A stretch of DNA of 64,000 nucleotides from an uncultured delta proteobacterium (GCA_963840855.1 CAWJBB010000030.1:1-64000); one strand, 5' to 3'. Positions 19,231 to 29,280 are shown, numbered from the stretch's first letter. Notes: generated by a model from the letters alone, not told the origin. A program made the numbers and translations.

Positions 19231-21255
19231 TCACGCGGTGATTTTTGGATACGCTGTGAGGAGGCTCATGGGCAGCTCTTCGACGCGCCCGACTACCTCG
19301 TAGGGCAGATCTTCGCACATGGCGCGCATGTAGTCCGCGCCCTCTTTATCGATGGTCAAGCAGAAAGGGCGCACTTTGCGGCGCGCGGCTTCGCGCAGCG
19401 CCTGACGCGTGTCGTGCACGGCGTAGTCCTGATCATTGGCGTCACGTCCGTAGTCTCGGTCATAAGGCCGGCCGTCGCTGACGAGAAACAACAGACGGGT
19501 CTGCGCTTCCACGCGCTCGAGCTTCGTGACTGCGTGGCGAATTGCGGCGCCCATGCGCGTCGCATGCGCCGGCGCGACCCCAGCGACACGGCGCGCTACC
19601 TTCTGAGTTAACGATTCGGCGAAGTCTTTGATCACGTGGAACTCGACGCTGCCTCTGCCGCTGCCGGAAAACGCGTAGACGGCGTAACTGTCACCGATGC
19701 TTTCCAGGGCCTGAATCAAAACAATAGCCGCTTGCTTCTCGATATCGATGGTGCGTTTGCGCAGCGGCTTGCCGCGCTCGTCGACGCCGCTGGCGATCTG
19801 TCGCAGATATCGGCTGTAGCTTTGCGCGGTTGCCGCGGTTGGCCGGACGGCCCGGGCCGTCTCCAATTGCACGTACTCGTTGGTCGTTGCGCTCATGTCA
19901 AGCAGCAGCGCGACCGCGACGTCGCGCTGGGTGCGCTCGCGCCGCCAGTAAATCTTTTCCGACGGTGTGACGCCGGCCTGGAGGTCGACAACGAGATCGA
20001 CCAACTGATCGAGGTCGACGTCCTCGCCGTCGTAGCGGCGCGTGACCTTGCGAAACAACTCGGGCAAGAAGTGCTCAAAACGGGCGCGCACCTGGCTGAC
20101 CAGCCAGCGATATTCGTTCAGCGTCTCCGTATAGAAATCCGAAGTGCCTTCTTCCATCACCCGTTCGCGCACCCGGCACCAGCGGTCCCTGAACCCACCC
20201 ACTCTGAAATCCCACTCCGGGTACAAATAACAAAACGGCTCGTCGCGTTGGAGCGGACCGTCGCGTTCGACTTCGATGACCTCCTCCGACGGCCGGGTTT
20301 CGGAGTCCGACTCTTGCTCTTTGCGGTCAAGATACGGGTCTTCCATCTGGAGCCGAAACTCGACTTCCGGCGGCGGTTTGAACGGCACCTCCTCGGGATC
20401 CTTCAAGGACTCTTCAAGCCTGTCTGGTATCGAATCATCATCCGGGGGACGATGCTGGTGCTCGTGATCATGACAACACTCGTCGTCATCTACTGCCGTG
20501 TTAGGTAGCTGCGCCGCGATCTGATAGATACGCAACGCGGCCTCTGCGGAATCCTCAACTGTGGCGCGCGCGTCGTCGATGCGCAGGAGGTATTCAAGGG
20601 CGCTCTCCAACGAGGGACGGAGCCTTTCGGGCGCCTCGCCGAGAGGCATTCCACCCAGGCTCGCTTGTACCAGGCCCTCCAAGAGCGACTCGCGCAACGG
20701 CAGCGCGCTTAGCCGCGGCCTTTCGGAAAGAACCTGGAGCGCTACTTGCCGGTAGGCAGGTTCGATGCCAGGATAGCGCGCCAGCACTTTACCGTCGATG
20801 CGGGAATCTTCGACGCATTCGAAAATCGTCATGCCCAGGACCGGATCGGGAAAAAGCTGGCGCAGCCCTTGGCGAGCGTCCGCCGCATGGTCGGGCAGGT
20901 TTTTTTCTAAGAGAGCCGGGCGCCAGTCGTGAAACAGCCGCGAAGCGCGGCCGAGAGCGAACTGAAAAGTGCCGAACTCCACATGCCCGGACTGATGGGT
21001 GAGAATGACTTTGTACCAGCCAAAATTCTCGCGGTGCGACGGGAAGCGGTCGATCTTGGCCGGCAACATGAGAGAAATCGCCTTGCCGTCATCCGTAGGT
21101 GTTATCCAGCCGGCGCCGCGGGAGCTATAGCCGCCGTGCGGAATCAGACGAGTCTCGTGCCCGCTCAACGCCTTGGCATAAAGACGCAGCACCTCGCCGA
21201 CTTTTTCTAATTCCGCCGCAGAAGCCGCACTTTTTTCCGTATCATTCATCATCAT
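19231..21255 (-). CDS. CbbO/NorD-family VWA-domain protein
   Basis: YPEWDF...F...WC.V.E, DGEDVDLD, MIDAS DMSAT, TRMGAAIRHA, VSDGRP. Confidence 0.9.
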   Translation of the reverse strand: MMMNDTEKSAASAAELEKVGEVLRLYAKALSGHETRLIPHGGYSSRGAGWITPTDDGKAISLMLPAKIDRFPSHRENFGWYKVILTHQSGHVEFGTFQFALGRASRLFHDWRPALLEKNLPDHAADARQGLRQLFPDPVLGMTIFECVEDSRIDGKVLARYPGIEPAYRQVALQVLSERPRLSALPLRESLLEGLVQASLGGMPLGEAPERLRPSLESALEYLLRIDDARATVEDSAEAALRIYQIAAQLPNTAVDDDECCHDHEHQHRPPDDDSIPDRLEESLKDPEEVPFKPPPEVEFRLQMEDPYLDRKEQESDSETRPSEEVIEVERDGPLQRDEPFCYLYPEWDFRVGGFRDRWCRVRERVMEEGTSDFYTETLNEYRWLVSQVRARFEHFLPELFRKVTRRYDGEDVDLDQLVDLVVDLQAGVTPSEKIYWRRERTQRDVAVALLLDMSATTNEYVQLETARAVRPTAATAQSYSRYLRQIASGVDERGKPLRKRTIDIEKQAAIVLIQALESIGDSYAVYAFSGSGRGSVEFHVIKDFAESLTQKVARRVAGVAPAHATRMGAAIRHAVTKLERVEAQTRLLFLVSDGRPYDRDYGRDANDQDYAVHDTRQALREAARRKVRPFCLTIDKEGADYMRAMCEDLPYEVVGRVEELPMSLLTAYPKITA

Positions 21256-21264
21256 ATCGAGCCG

Positions 21265-23031
21265 CTAAACTTCTTCCTGGCGATGCACATGGCTGACAAT
21301 CCAACGACCGCCGATGGTCAGAATCGCCAACCCGAGAATGAGCAAGACGCCCAGCGCGGCGGTGGGCCCGGCCCGGCCGTTATTCCATAAATCCCACATA
21401 ACTACGGAGAGCACGATGCTGTTCTTGCTCGATAAGATGAGCGGCACGGAAAACGAGCGCAGGGAATGGGAGGCGACCCAGATCCACCCTCCCACGAACG
21501 CGGGCAAAAGCAGCGGAAAGATGATGCGCCGCATGATTGTGGCCCAGGACGCGCCGGAAACTTTTCCCGCCTCCTCGAGCTCGATGTGAATTTGCGTGAC
21601 CGCTCCGTTCATCGCCCGGCTGCCGAACGCCGTATACCCCACGCTCAAGCCCAACACGATAATCCAGATCGTGCCGTAAAGCGGCAAATAGTTGAGCGGC
21701 GGATTCAAATAAAGATATATCAATGCGATGCCGATGGTGACCCCGGGAATGGCGTGGGGCAGAAAGGTCAGGCCGTCAAGCAGCACGCGCCCCTTGAACT
21801 TGCTTCTAACAATGACCCACGCGATGATCAGACAAAGCACCATGGTCAGGGTTGCGGTCGCCACGCCAACGATGATCGTGTTCACGAGCGCGTGCAGGAT
21901 TTGTTCCTCGGCGAAAATTTCCCAGTAATTCTTGAAGGTGACCTGCGCTAACGCCGACCAGGAAGGCTGGACGTAAAAGCGCACCAGGGAGCGCCACAAG
22001 AGCATCAGTGTCGGCGCCGCGATGGTGAGGGTGAAGTAGAGAACAAACGCTCCGAAAGCCGGGTAGCGCCACTTGCCTAGAGGAATCAGGCGCGGGCGAT
22101 AGCCTTTTCCGGTTATGGTTGCAAAGCGCCCCGCCTGGCCGACCACACGCCGATAGCCGTAAACCAACAAGATGCTAACCACTAGAAAACTCGCGCCCAG
22201 CGCGGCAGAGAGCCCGTACTGCGGGGGCATGAAGCGCTGCGCGGTAAAATAGATATAGGTCGGGAACACATAAATGCCGGACGGAAAGCCGATGATGATG
22301 GGAATTTCGAGGGCCTCCAGGTGGGTCATGAAGCTATACATGCCGGCGGCGAAAAGCGCTGGCGTCAACAATGGGATAAAGATGCGAAAGAAACTGGTGC
22401 GATGGGAGGCTCCGGAGACCCGCGCCGCCTCTTCCAGGCTTGGATCCATGGCGCGGAAAGCGCCGACGATGATGAGAAAAATCGTGGTTACGCCCCTGAT
22501 ACCCTCGAGAAAGATCATGCCCCACAAGCTGTAAATGTTGAGCGGACCTTCGTTCACTTCCACGCCCACCAGAGCCAGAAGAGAGCGCAGCCAGACGTTG
22601 ATCAGGCCAATCTTGGGTGAGAGCAGAAACACCCAAGAGATGGCGAAGAGAATGCCGGGCATCGCCATGGGAACCAGCATCAGCCCCCAGGCGACATTCC
22701 TGAAGGGCATGTCGGTGCGCTCGGTAAGAAAGGCGAAAAAGACCGCGATGGAGAGAGCGAGGGTTGTGCTCGCGGCAGCCAAAACCGCGGTATTCGCAAA
22801 CATGGTGTAAACTTGCGGATCGGAATAAGCGGTGAGGTAATGCTGAAAAGTGAACGCGCCTGGCTGCCACGGCGTGCCCAGCCGGAAACTGAACACGAGC
22901 AGGGTGAAGAGTGGAACGACTATCAGCCAGAGCGTAAATAAAACCGCCAGCAGCGGCACAGCACGGGTGCGCAGCAGCGGCCAGCGCGGCGCCCAGCGAG
23001 GCGATACAATAGTTTCTAAGGCGCTATCCAT
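21265..23031 (-). CDS. FbpB-type ABC permease
   Basis: Two EAA loops (MDPSLEEAARVSGA; IHIELEEAGKVSGA). Confidence 0.9.
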   Translation of the reverse strand: MDSALETIVSPRWAPRWPLLRTRAVPLLAVLFTLWLIVVPLFTLLVFSFRLGTPWQPGAFTFQHYLTAYSDPQVYTMFANTAVLAAASTTLALSIAVFFAFLTERTDMPFRNVAWGLMLVPMAMPGILFAISWVFLLSPKIGLINVWLRSLLALVGVEVNEGPLNIYSLWGMIFLEGIRGVTTIFLIIVGAFRAMDPSLEEAARVSGASHRTSFFRIFIPLLTPALFAAGMYSFMTHLEALEIPIIIGFPSGIYVFPTYIYFTAQRFMPPQYGLSAALGASFLVVSILLVYGYRRVVGQAGRFATITGKGYRPRLIPLGKWRYPAFGAFVLYFTLTIAAPTLMLLWRSLVRFYVQPSWSALAQVTFKNYWEIFAEEQILHALVNTIIVGVATATLTMVLCLIIAWVIVRSKFKGRVLLDGLTFLPHAIPGVTIGIALIYLYLNPPLNYLPLYGTIWIIVLGLSVGYTAFGSRAMNGAVTQIHIELEEAGKVSGASWATIMRRIIFPLLLPAFVGGWIWVASHSLRSFSVPLILSSKNSIVLSVVMWDLWNNGRAGPTAALGVLLILGLAILTIGGRWIVSHVHRQEEV

Positions 23032-23064
23032 ATGATTTTGTGCGCGTACCTCAGGGACCGGACA

Positions 23065-23239
23065 CTAGTGTGGTATCACTGAAGTTCGTTATATAATTCA
23101 GTCGTCATTCCGGGCAAGCTGGCGATAGCTAACGCGACCCGGAATCCAGGAAAATCGAAGGCTTCTGGATACCGCTTCCGCGGGAATGACGGACTCGGAC
23201 TCCTAACTTTGTAAACGAACTTCAATTCCAGGACACTAG
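23065..23239. mobile_element. MITE with CTAG duplication, containing a GTCATTCC...GGAATGAC REP
   Basis: Left CTAG-TGTGGTATCACTGAAGTTCGTT; right (reverse complement) CTAG-TGTCCTGGAATTGAAGTTCGTT; internal palindrome 23104-23190. Confidence 0.7.
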
Positions 23240-24375
23240 TCTGCCGGTGGATATTCCGGCGCATTCTCCAGATGTTCTATGGCGCCGAGGCCTACATCCA
23301 CGTAGGGACTGGGCATGGCACACAGCAGTAGCACGCGACTATCGCCGGTATTAAAGTGTTGATGTGTCGTCAAGCGCGGAATGCAGATAAAATCTCCCGC
23401 TTCCCATTGCCATCTCGCGCCGTCATGAACGTCGTATCCCTTGCCCTCCAAAACCAGGATCTGTTCTTCCGCGATATGCAGGTGTTTGCCCGAGCGACTG
23501 CCGGGTGGAATCTCATGAAGATAGGCCCAGACTTGCCTTCCCCCCGTTTCGATGCCCGGGTGAACGAGCCACTTCATCTTACCATGTGGATTCGACTCCC
23601 ACTGTTCCCTGCTTTCATGAACCACGTGATCGACACGGCTGAGATAATGGACTTCATCGTGATAGAGTTTTAGATAACGCTCGTAGGTGTCGGCGACGGG
23701 CGCGCTCCATGGCGTGGAGCGTTTGCGGGCTTGAAACACGTCTTCTAACTTCGGTTCCGGTCCGACAACCACTTCAAGGTCGTCTTTGATTCCCAGCACT
23801 CCCTTCTTGATTTTGTAGCCGCGCAGCGTTCCTGCGTCATCATAGAGAGGTTCGGTGCCATCGGGGAATACCGGTTTCTCGGTCATTTTGTGCTGCTCTC
23901 GCCACATCAGTCCGAAGCTGTGAAAAAGCCGGGTTGCCAGAGAGATCATGGCGCAGCCGGTTTCGAAATCGCCGCCGTGTTGATGAACCGAATAGGGAGC
24001 AAAACAAACCATGTCATGACTCTCAAATTGATAGGTGACTCCGTCGTTCATTTCCCACCCCTTGCCTCTAAGGCAGAAAATAGTGGGAGCGGCGATATGT
24101 CGGTGTATGCCGCGCACCGGCACGTGGGGCGCAATATCGATGATATGCGATGCGAAGCAATAAAGCGGGCCGCGGATGAGAATATCGTAACTTGTCAGAT
24201 CGCCCGTCTGGTGCGGACTGCCCCGACCCATAACCGTTTGTTTAGAAGGAAGCGGCTTGAGAACATGAGGAAGCGAATCAACCCGCCGATCTTCTGCGCT
24301 CTGATGGACAAAACGTTTGAGCTGATCCGAGAGCCCGACTATTTTTGTTTCTTCCCAAGGTTCCAGGTAAGACAT
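23236..24375 (-). CDS. Bicupin protein
   Basis: IHRHIAAPTIF...PYSVHQH and KHLHIAEEQILVLEGKG...PRLTTHQHFN. Confidence 0.8.
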   Translation of the reverse strand: MSYLEPWEETKIVGLSDQLKRFVHQSAEDRRVDSLPHVLKPLPSKQTVMGRGSPHQTGDLTSYDILIRGPLYCFASHIIDIAPHVPVRGIHRHIAAPTIFCLRGKGWEMNDGVTYQFESHDMVCFAPYSVHQHGGDFETGCAMISLATRLFHSFGLMWREQHKMTEKPVFPDGTEPLYDDAGTLRGYKIKKGVLGIKDDLEVVVGPEPKLEDVFQARKRSTPWSAPVADTYERYLKLYHDEVHYLSRVDHVVHESREQWESNPHGKMKWLVHPGIETGGRQVWAYLHEIPPGSRSGKHLHIAEEQILVLEGKGYDVHDGARWQWEAGDFICIPRLTTHQHFNTGDSRVLLLCAMPSPYVDVGLGAIEHLENAPEYPPAD

Positions 24376-24486
24376 AATACCTCTCCAAAGAATAACTGGA
24401 CTACTAGAGTGGTGAAGTGATGGGCTGGAGACCCACTACTCCAATGCTCCCTTAATTCCAACACGCCATTTCGCGCCGTGGTTCTA

Positions 24487-25617
24487 TTACCTGCCTTTTA
24501 ACTTTTCCGCTTGAGGGAGACCGAAGGCCTTTTCGATCATCTCATACCAGCCGGGGATCTGCGCAAAGCTGTCCCATTTGTCGATGGATAATTTCTTTCC
24601 CTCTGTCACCTTCGCCAACTCCGAGCCTGGACCAAAAACCGAGGACTTGAGCGGCTCGTACTTGTCGATGATGCGCTGACCCACGGGAGTCGCTTGGAAC
24701 TCCAGCCAGAGCAAGGCAGCATACGGGTTGGCGGCTGAATTCGTCACCCCTTGCAACTCAATCAAACGCACGGGTACAGGCTCGATAATCTTGCAGACGA
24801 TAGACTTCTTGGGATGCTTCTCAGCGACCTCGACACAGGACTGGTAGTTGGCTTGCTGGTGCAAAGCGTACTCGCCGGCAGACATGGAGGCGAGCGCCCT
24901 GGCGTAGCCGCGAACCCAGATCGGTTCCTGGTCCTTCAAACGGCTGGCGTAGTTTTTCACCCAACTTTCGCCCAAACCCGCCACCAGCGAAACCATGCCG
25001 TGGGGCCGGATGTCGATCAAGAATTTTCTGCCTTTAAGCTCTGGCCTAAGAAAATCCTCCCAGGTATTTGGGACTTTCTCCGGCGCGATCATGTCTTTGT
25101 TATAGACAACCGCTTGGACTGCGCTTGCTTCCGCGACAATATTTCGCCTGTTGGGATCGATCATTCCGGTTGGAATGGACAACACTTTATGTTCAGCCAT
25201 CCCGAGGATGTCGATTTTTTTTATGTGCGCGGCAAATTCGTTGTAAAAATCTCGCGACAAATGGATGGAGTCCCAATTTTTCCCCATACCGGCTTTGAGC
25301 TCCATCAAAAAGCGCTGGGCCGCCTCGGAACCATCCACGGCGCTCAAGGTAAAATCGATAAACGGGTATTTTTGCTTGAATGCTTCCGCCAATTGCTTAT
25401 AAGTCTCGGGGTCAAGGGAGCTGATGACCCGGAGTTTACCTTCCTTCCTGGCCTTGGCGACGATTTGCTCGTAACTGGCTTCGAAGACAAACCCTCTGGC
25501 CTCCGCGCCCTGCTTGGCTTTGAGCAATGCAGGAGTCGCGCTTTGCGCGCCGGATGACACGAGCAGAAATAGAAACAGCAAGATCATAAAGGTGGTCCTT
25601 GTTCTAGCTTCCCGCAT
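24487..25617 (-). CDS. AfuA/FbpA-like extracellular solute-binding protein
   Basis: Signal peptide; ARKEGKL, YNKDMI...PNTWEDFLRPELKG, NPYAALLW. Confidence 0.85.
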   Translation of the reverse strand: MREARTRTTFMILLFLFLLVSSGAQSATPALLKAKQGAEARGFVFEASYEQIVAKARKEGKLRVISSLDPETYKQLAEAFKQKYPFIDFTLSAVDGSEAAQRFLMELKAGMGKNWDSIHLSRDFYNEFAAHIKKIDILGMAEHKVLSIPTGMIDPNRRNIVAEASAVQAVVYNKDMIAPEKVPNTWEDFLRPELKGRKFLIDIRPHGMVSLVAGLGESWVKNYASRLKDQEPIWVRGYARALASMSAGEYALHQQANYQSCVEVAEKHPKKSIVCKIIEPVPVRLIELQGVTNSAANPYAALLWLEFQATPVGQRIIDKYEPLKSSVFGPGSELAKVTEGKKLSIDKWDSFAQIPGWYEMIEKAFGLPQAEKLKGR

Positions 25618-25699
25618 GATTCATCTCCCTTCGCATCGCGTTTGCCTGCGCGCGTGAGGACCTGCGCAATTACCCGCGCCGAGGCATGAATAATCCGGT

Positions 25700-26764
25700 C
25701 TAATATCCCAGGCGCTCTACCACGGGCTGGAGCCGTTCGAGATTCCGTTTCACGTTGTCCGTCTGGGACATTTCCGCCCAAGCTTCTTGCACCAGTTCTT
25801 GACGCACGACGTCTTCAACGTCTCTGCGTGTAATCGACTTTGACAATACGCCGGCGTCCTCATGCTCCTCCAGAATTCGCCACACTCCCTCCACGGTCAA
25901 CTGGCCGTCCAGCGGATGAAAGGCGCCATCCATGATGCTCAAGGGGCGCAGGTCACGCATCCGTTCGGATTCATCCGGACTGTCGACACGCAGCTTGGCC
26001 TCGACGTAGCGCTGAAAGGGAAAGTTTTCCGGCACGATGCGCATCAAGTGATAGCCGCGAATCGCAGCTTTCCAGTAGCGTTTGACGACTTCGGGGTTGC
26101 GTTCAACAAAAGACCTGCGCGCCACGGTCACCCGGTCCGGCCGGCCATGGGGCTTGTTGTCCTCGACAAAGTCGTAGAGTTTGTTGAAGCCGCGCTCCAA
26201 GAGCTGGGGCACGAACGGATTCTGCACGATGGCGGCGTCGGTCTCGCCGGCCAACAACGGCCTCCAGGCGTCGCGCATGGAACCGTACCGGTAGCCGATC
26301 TTCCACTCTATCTCCCGATCGGGATCGATCCCTGCCTTTCGTAACTGGTGCTCGTACCACATGGTCGCGATGCCGCCCTTATACCAATCGCCGATGCGCT
26401 TGCCCCGCAATGCGGCGATCGAGTTGATTCCCGGTCCTGCCACCAGCGTGCCGGTAAATTGATTGCGCCAGCCGCCGATGATGCGCACTTCGTCATTGCC
26501 CAGCGCGCGCTCGGCGAAGGGTGTGCTCACGTGCACGTCCGGGATGATATCAATGCCAAACGCAATCATATCACGCAGCACCGTGCCTACCTCATCGTAG
26601 CGCTCGCCGTCGGGTCGGGTAGAATCGATGGCGCCCGGATTGATCTTGGCGTGCACGACCTCGACATCCAGACCTTCCTCGGCATAAAAGCCCGCTTCCA
26701 AAGTAACCGCAGCGTCGAGCACATGCCGCGCATGCCAGCAACCATTACCCACTCTAAGTTTCAT
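25700..26764 (-). CDS. CWHxxH SBP-fold family paralog 2 (354 aa)
   Basis: MKLRVGNGCWHARH; start set by alignment with paralogs. Confidence 0.8.
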   Translation of the reverse strand: MKLRVGNGCWHARHVLDAAVTLEAGFYAEEGLDVEVVHAKINPGAIDSTRPDGERYDEVGTVLRDMIAFGIDIIPDVHVSTPFAERALGNDEVRIIGGWRNQFTGTLVAGPGINSIAALRGKRIGDWYKGGIATMWYEHQLRKAGIDPDREIEWKIGYRYGSMRDAWRPLLAGETDAAIVQNPFVPQLLERGFNKLYDFVEDNKPHGRPDRVTVARRSFVERNPEVVKRYWKAAIRGYHLMRIVPENFPFQRYVEAKLRVDSPDESERMRDLRPLSIMDGAFHPLDGQLTVEGVWRILEEHEDAGVLSKSITRRDVEDVVRQELVQEAWAEMSQTDNVKRNLERLQPVVERLGY

Positions 26765-26798
26765 CCGTCTTCCGTTCTCGCAGTGAATTTTTCTATTT

Positions 26799-27863
26799 TT
26801 AGTAGCCGTACTTCTCCACCACCGGCTGCAGCCGTTCAAGGTTGCGCTTGACTTCTTCGGTCTGTGACATTTCCTGCCAAACTTCCTCGACTAGTTCCTG
26901 CCGGATGACCTCGTCCAAATCTTTTCGCGTTACGGCTTTGGAGAGCACGCCCGCGTCGATATGTTCTTCCAGGATGCGCCAGACCCCCTCCGGGCTGAGT
27001 TGACCGTCGAGCGGGAAAAACGAGCTCTCCAGCATCACGATGGGCACGAGGTCGCGCATGCGTTCGGACTCATCCGGATTGTCGACCCGTATCTTGGCTT
27101 CAACATAGCGTCGAAACGGATAACTCTCGGGGATCATGCGCATGGTGTGGTAAGCGCGAATCGTTGCCTTCCAAAAGCGCTTGATCAGCTCGGGATTGCG
27201 CTCGATGAACGATTTCCGCGCCACCGTCACGCGATCGGGCCGCCCGTGCGGCTTGGAGTCTTCGACGAAGTCGTAGAGTTTGTTGAATCCTTGCTCGACC
27301 AACTGCGGCACCCATTGGTTGCGCACGATGGCGGCGTCGGTCTCGCCCGCCTGGAGCGGCTTCCACGCTTCCCGCATGGAGCCGAATTTGTAGCCGATCT
27401 TCCACTCCACATCGCGATCGGGATCGAGCCCCGCGAGCCGCATCTGGCGCTCGAGCCACAAGGTCGCGATGCCGCCGCGATACCAATCGCCGATGCGCTT
27501 GCCCTTCAGCTCCTTGATCGAATTGATCCCCGGAGCAGTGACCAGCGAAGCCGGGAACTGATTACGCCAGCCGCCGATAATCCTCAGTTCGTCGTTGCCC
27601 ATAGCGCGCTCGGCGAAGGGCGTGCGCACATGCACGTCGGGAATAATGTCGATGCCAAACGCTATCATGTCGCGCAGCACCGTACCCACTTCGTCATAGC
27701 GCTCGCCTTCGGGCCGACTGGACTCTAAGCCTTCGACATAAATCTTTGCGGTCACCACCTCGACGTCGATTCCCTCCTGGGTAAAAAGACCGGCTTCCTG
27801 ACAATACGCCGCGACCTGAATATGGCCGGCATGCCAACAACCATTCCCGACGCGCAGTTTCAT
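26799..27863 (-). CDS. CWHxxH SBP-fold family paralog 3 (354 aa)
   Basis: MKLRVGNGCWHAGH; SD gaggag. Confidence 0.8.
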   Translation of the reverse strand: MKLRVGNGCWHAGHIQVAAYCQEAGLFTQEGIDVEVVTAKIYVEGLESSRPEGERYDEVGTVLRDMIAFGIDIIPDVHVRTPFAERAMGNDELRIIGGWRNQFPASLVTAPGINSIKELKGKRIGDWYRGGIATLWLERQMRLAGLDPDRDVEWKIGYKFGSMREAWKPLQAGETDAAIVRNQWVPQLVEQGFNKLYDFVEDSKPHGRPDRVTVARKSFIERNPELIKRFWKATIRAYHTMRMIPESYPFRRYVEAKIRVDNPDESERMRDLVPIVMLESSFFPLDGQLSPEGVWRILEEHIDAGVLSKAVTRKDLDEVIRQELVEEVWQEMSQTEEVKRNLERLQPVVEKYGY

Positions 27864-27980
27864 GCATCGCTCCTCAAAAATTTTCTTCACGCTATCAAAG
27901 CGTGAAAGAATCCGTCAAGCGGCGGTGATGATCAAGAGTAGTGGCCCAATTAGAAGTCGACCCGTATCCGGAAGGCAAGA

Positions 27981-28050
27981 AAGATTTCTCGCTCCGCTCG
28001 AAATGACACACAGGATGAATTCTATGTAAACCCCGCCTCTTGAGGCGGGA
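27981..28050. repeat. Cluster of small palindromic repeat relics
   Basis: agatttctcgctccgctcgaaatgac and cccgcctc-tt-gaggcggg hairpins in the intergenic region. Confidence 0.5.
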
Positions 28051-28103
28051 ACAATATTATGGGGTTTCCAAAGGGGGCGAGCTGCATGAACGGCGGACGG
28101 CGA

Positions 28104-29168
28104 TCAGTAGCCGTGTCGCTCAATAACCGGCTGCAACCGTTCGAGGTTGCGCTTGATTTCGTCGGTCTGGGATATTTCTGCCCACGCCTCGCGCACCAGA
28201 TCCTGTTGCAGCAATGCCTCGACATCCGCGCGGGTGATGGACTTGGCGAGCACGCCGGCATCCTGATGTTCTTCGAGAATGCGCCACACTCCCTCGACGC
28301 TCAACTGGCCGTCCATGGGAAAGAAGGCGCCTTCCATGAGCTCGATAGACCAGAGATCGCGCATGCGCTCGGATTCATCGGGATTGGTCAGCCGCAGCTT
28401 GGCTTCGACAAAGCGCAAGAACGGATAGTTCTCCGGCGCGATGCGGATGAAATGATAGCCGCGAATAGACGCTTTCCAATACCGCTTGATCAGCTCAGGA
28501 TTGCGCTCGACGAAGCTCCTGCGCGCCACCGTGACGCGGTCCGGGCGGCCGTGCGGCTTGCTGTCCTCGACAAAATCAAAAATCTTGTTGAACCCGCGCT
28601 CGATCAACATCGGCACGTAAGGATTCTGCACAATCGCCGCGTCCGTCTCTCCGGCTAATAAGGGTTTATAGGCCTCCCGCATCGAGCCGTATTTGTAACC
28701 GATCTTCCAGTCGATTTCTCGATCCGGATCGATGCCGGCTTTGCGCAACTGGTGCTCATACCACATGGTGGCGATGCCGCCCTTGTACCAATCGCCGATC
28801 CGCTTGCCGCGCAAATCGGCGAACGACTTAACGCCCGGCGCCGCCACCAAGGTGCCGCGAAACTGATTGCGCCAACCGCCAATGATCCGGACCTCGTCGT
28901 TGCCCAGTGCGCGCTCGGCAAATGGCGTGCGGACGTGCACGTCGGGAATGATGTCGATGCCGAAAGCGACCATGTCACGGAGCACCGTGCCCACCTCATC
29001 GTAGCGTTCCCCGTCCGGTCGGCTTGCGGCAATCCCCTTGGGGTTGATTTTCGCATGCACTATCTCGGCATCGATGCCCTCCTGAGAAAAAAATCCCGCC
29101 TCCTGGCACAAAAAAGCGTGTTGGATATGAAATGCATGCCAACAAGCGTTGCCGACTCTCAGTTTCAC
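28104..29168 (-). CDS. CWHxxH SBP-fold family paralog 4 (354 aa)
   Basis: GTG start with SD gaggtg; MKLRVGNACWHAFH. Confidence 0.8.
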   Translation of the reverse strand: MKLRVGNACWHAFHIQHAFLCQEAGFFSQEGIDAEIVHAKINPKGIAASRPDGERYDEVGTVLRDMVAFGIDIIPDVHVRTPFAERALGNDEVRIIGGWRNQFRGTLVAAPGVKSFADLRGKRIGDWYKGGIATMWYEHQLRKAGIDPDREIDWKIGYKYGSMREAYKPLLAGETDAAIVQNPYVPMLIERGFNKIFDFVEDSKPHGRPDRVTVARRSFVERNPELIKRYWKASIRGYHFIRIAPENYPFLRFVEAKLRLTNPDESERMRDLWSIELMEGAFFPMDGQLSVEGVWRILEEHQDAGVLAKSITRADVEALLQQDLVREAWAEISQTDEIKRNLERLQPVIERHGY

Positions 29169-29280
29169 GATTCACCTCGAAGTAAAAGGCAATCGGGTCA
29201 AGCTTGCATAAGTGGATAAACGCATCTATTCATCCATGCAAGCCTGGCCGTGCCTACTTCTGAGCTTGGTTTCGCCCGGC

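Noticed and set aside
25862-29219. Mutually similar ORFs antisense to the CWHxxH genes
   Set aside because: Similarity is explained by the paralogous sense-strand genes
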